Assembly: GCA_964640385.1 (NCBI GenBank)
Contig: CAZXFL010000003.1
Location: forward strand, 100,725-164,724
Direction of reading: 5' to 3'
From: an uncultured Actinomycetes bacterium
GTDB taxonomy: Bacteria; Actinomycetota; UBA4738; JBBDHU01
Length of the DNA stretch: 64,000 bases
The notes under the pieces were generated by a model. That model did not search any database and was not told the origin of the DNA. It saw only the letters and a list, made by a program, of their open reading frames with translations. The translations under genes were made by a program, and so were the position numbers. This document shows, one piece after another, positions 62,939 through 64,000 of the stretch; within the stretch, counting starts at the first letter, position 1, and each line of letters opens with the position of its first letter.

Positions 62939-64000
62939 ATGATCCCCCGTTACACGTTGCCGGAGATGGCGGCGGTGTGGTCCGACGAAGCCCGGATGGC
63001 CCACTGGCTCGAGATCGAGATCCTCGCGGTTGAGGGCTGGATGCGGCTCGGCAAGGTTCCCGAGGACGACGCGCGGGCGATCCGCGAGAACGCGACGTTC
63101 GATATCGCCAGGGTCGACGAGCTGGAACAGGTCACGCGCCACGACGTGGCGGCCTTCGTTCAGAACGTCCAGGAATCGGTGGGGGAACCCGGACGATGGC
63201 TGCACTTCGGACTAACCTCCTCGGATGTGCTCGACACCGGCCTGGCCTTGCAGCTCCGTGACGCCGCCGACCTGATGCTGGCGCGGATGGACACGCTGCT
63301 GGCGGTGACCAAGAACCTCGCGTTCGAGTACCGGCGGACGGTGATGGTCGGGCGGTCCCACGGCATCATCGCCGAGCCGACCACGTTCGGACACAAGCTC
63401 GCGCTGTGGGCGTTCGAACTCGACCGTGGACGCGACCGGTTGCGACGCGCGCACGAGGCCGTGTCGGTGGGCAAGATCAGCGGCCCCGTCGGGACGTACT
63501 CGAACGTGGATCCGCAGATCGAGGAGTATGTGTGCGGGCAGCTGGGCCTGCGGGCTGCGGAGGTCTCGAACCAGATCATCCAGCGTGACCGGCACGCCGA
63601 GTTCATGGCGGCGCTCGCGCTCGTGGCGAGCTCGCTGGACAAGTTCGCCACGGAGGTCCGGCATCTGGCGCGCACCGAGGTCCGTGAGGTGCAGGAGCCG
63701 TTCGCGGAGGGACAGAAGGGCTCGAGCGCGATGCCGCACAAGCGGAACCCGGTCGTCTGCGAGCGGATCAGCGGTCTGGCGCGCGTGATCCGCGGAAATC
63801 TGCAGGCCGCACTGGAGAACGTGGCACTGTGGCACGAGCGCGACATCTCGCACTCGTCCGCCGAACGCGTGATCCTGCCCGACTCGACGATCGCGCTCGA
63901 CTTCATGCTCGCCGACTTCACGTGGGTGCTCGAGGGGCTCCGCGTGAACACGGAGCGGATGCGCGAGAACATGATGGCGGGCGGCGGCCTGGTCTTCAGC
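62939..64000 (+). CDS. purB: adenylosuccinate lyase (partial, runs off the window end)
   Basis: N-terminus MIPRYTLPEMAAVWSDEARMAHWLEIEILAVEGW. Fumarase/lyase signature GSSAMPHKRNP. No stop before position 64000, hence absent from the ORF track. Confidence 0.9.
   Translation, partial: MIPRYTLPEMAAVWSDEARMAHWLEIEILAVEGWMRLGKVPEDDARAIRENATFDIARVDELEQVTRHDVAAFVQNVQESVGEPGRWLHFGLTSSDVLDTGLALQLRDAADLMLARMDTLLAVTKNLAFEYRRTVMVGRSHGIIAEPTTFGHKLALWAFELDRGRDRLRRAHEAVSVGKISGPVGTYSNVDPQIEEYVCGQLGLRAAEVSNQIIQRDRHAEFMAALALVASSLDKFATEVRHLARTEVREVQEPFAEGQKGSSAMPHKRNPVVCERISGLARVIRGNLQAALENVALWHERDISHSSAERVILPDSTIALDFMLADFTWVLEGLRVNTERMRENMMAGGGLVFS

Overview
High-GC bacterial chromosomal segment, most consistent with Actinomycetota. 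A housekeeping backbone occupies about 32.4-64 kb and an accessory stretch rich in secreted proteins and repeats occupies about 5.7-14.2 kb.

Backbone genes that are clearly recognisable from the translations: rpsF-ssb-rpsR-rplI, then dnaB carrying a 426-aa intein, nth, trpD, dcd, ugd, a Fe-S oxidoreductase, dnaK-grpE-dnaJ-hspR-clpB, lemA, purE, purA-purD-purB, panB, a class A penicillin-binding protein and a complete tad/Flp pilus locus (cpaE-cpaF-tadB-tadC-flp-tadE-tadE-like).

Most notable observations:
1. A class-II tRNA with a UCA anticodon (selC/tRNA-Sec candidate) on the minus strand at about 12005-12096. Two tandem partial copies of its 3' half follow at about 9590-9650 and 8004-8064, each joined to the same conserved ~100-bp arm sequence. 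This is the signature of serial integration of related elements at a selC-type tRNA. The cargo is only secreted hypothetical proteins, including a >700-aa glycine-rich beta-helix protein with MopE-like metal-binding motifs. No integrase survives.
2. A co-directional, start/stop-overlapping block on the minus strand: histidine kinase - response regulator - GT87 (DUF2029) glycosyltransferase - second GT-C glycosyltransferase - response regulator - multi-TM PAS histidine kinase (25635-32414).
3. Duplication of a cupin gene's leader hairpin and 5' end (68-430 versus 6600-6832).
4. Two tandem DUF3137-like paralogs plus lemA immediately after clpB.
5. Two genes (the ECF sigma factor and dnaJ) whose only in-frame start candidate is CTG.
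6. A frameshifted alpha/beta hydrolase.

No CRISPR array, IS element or transposase gene was seen.
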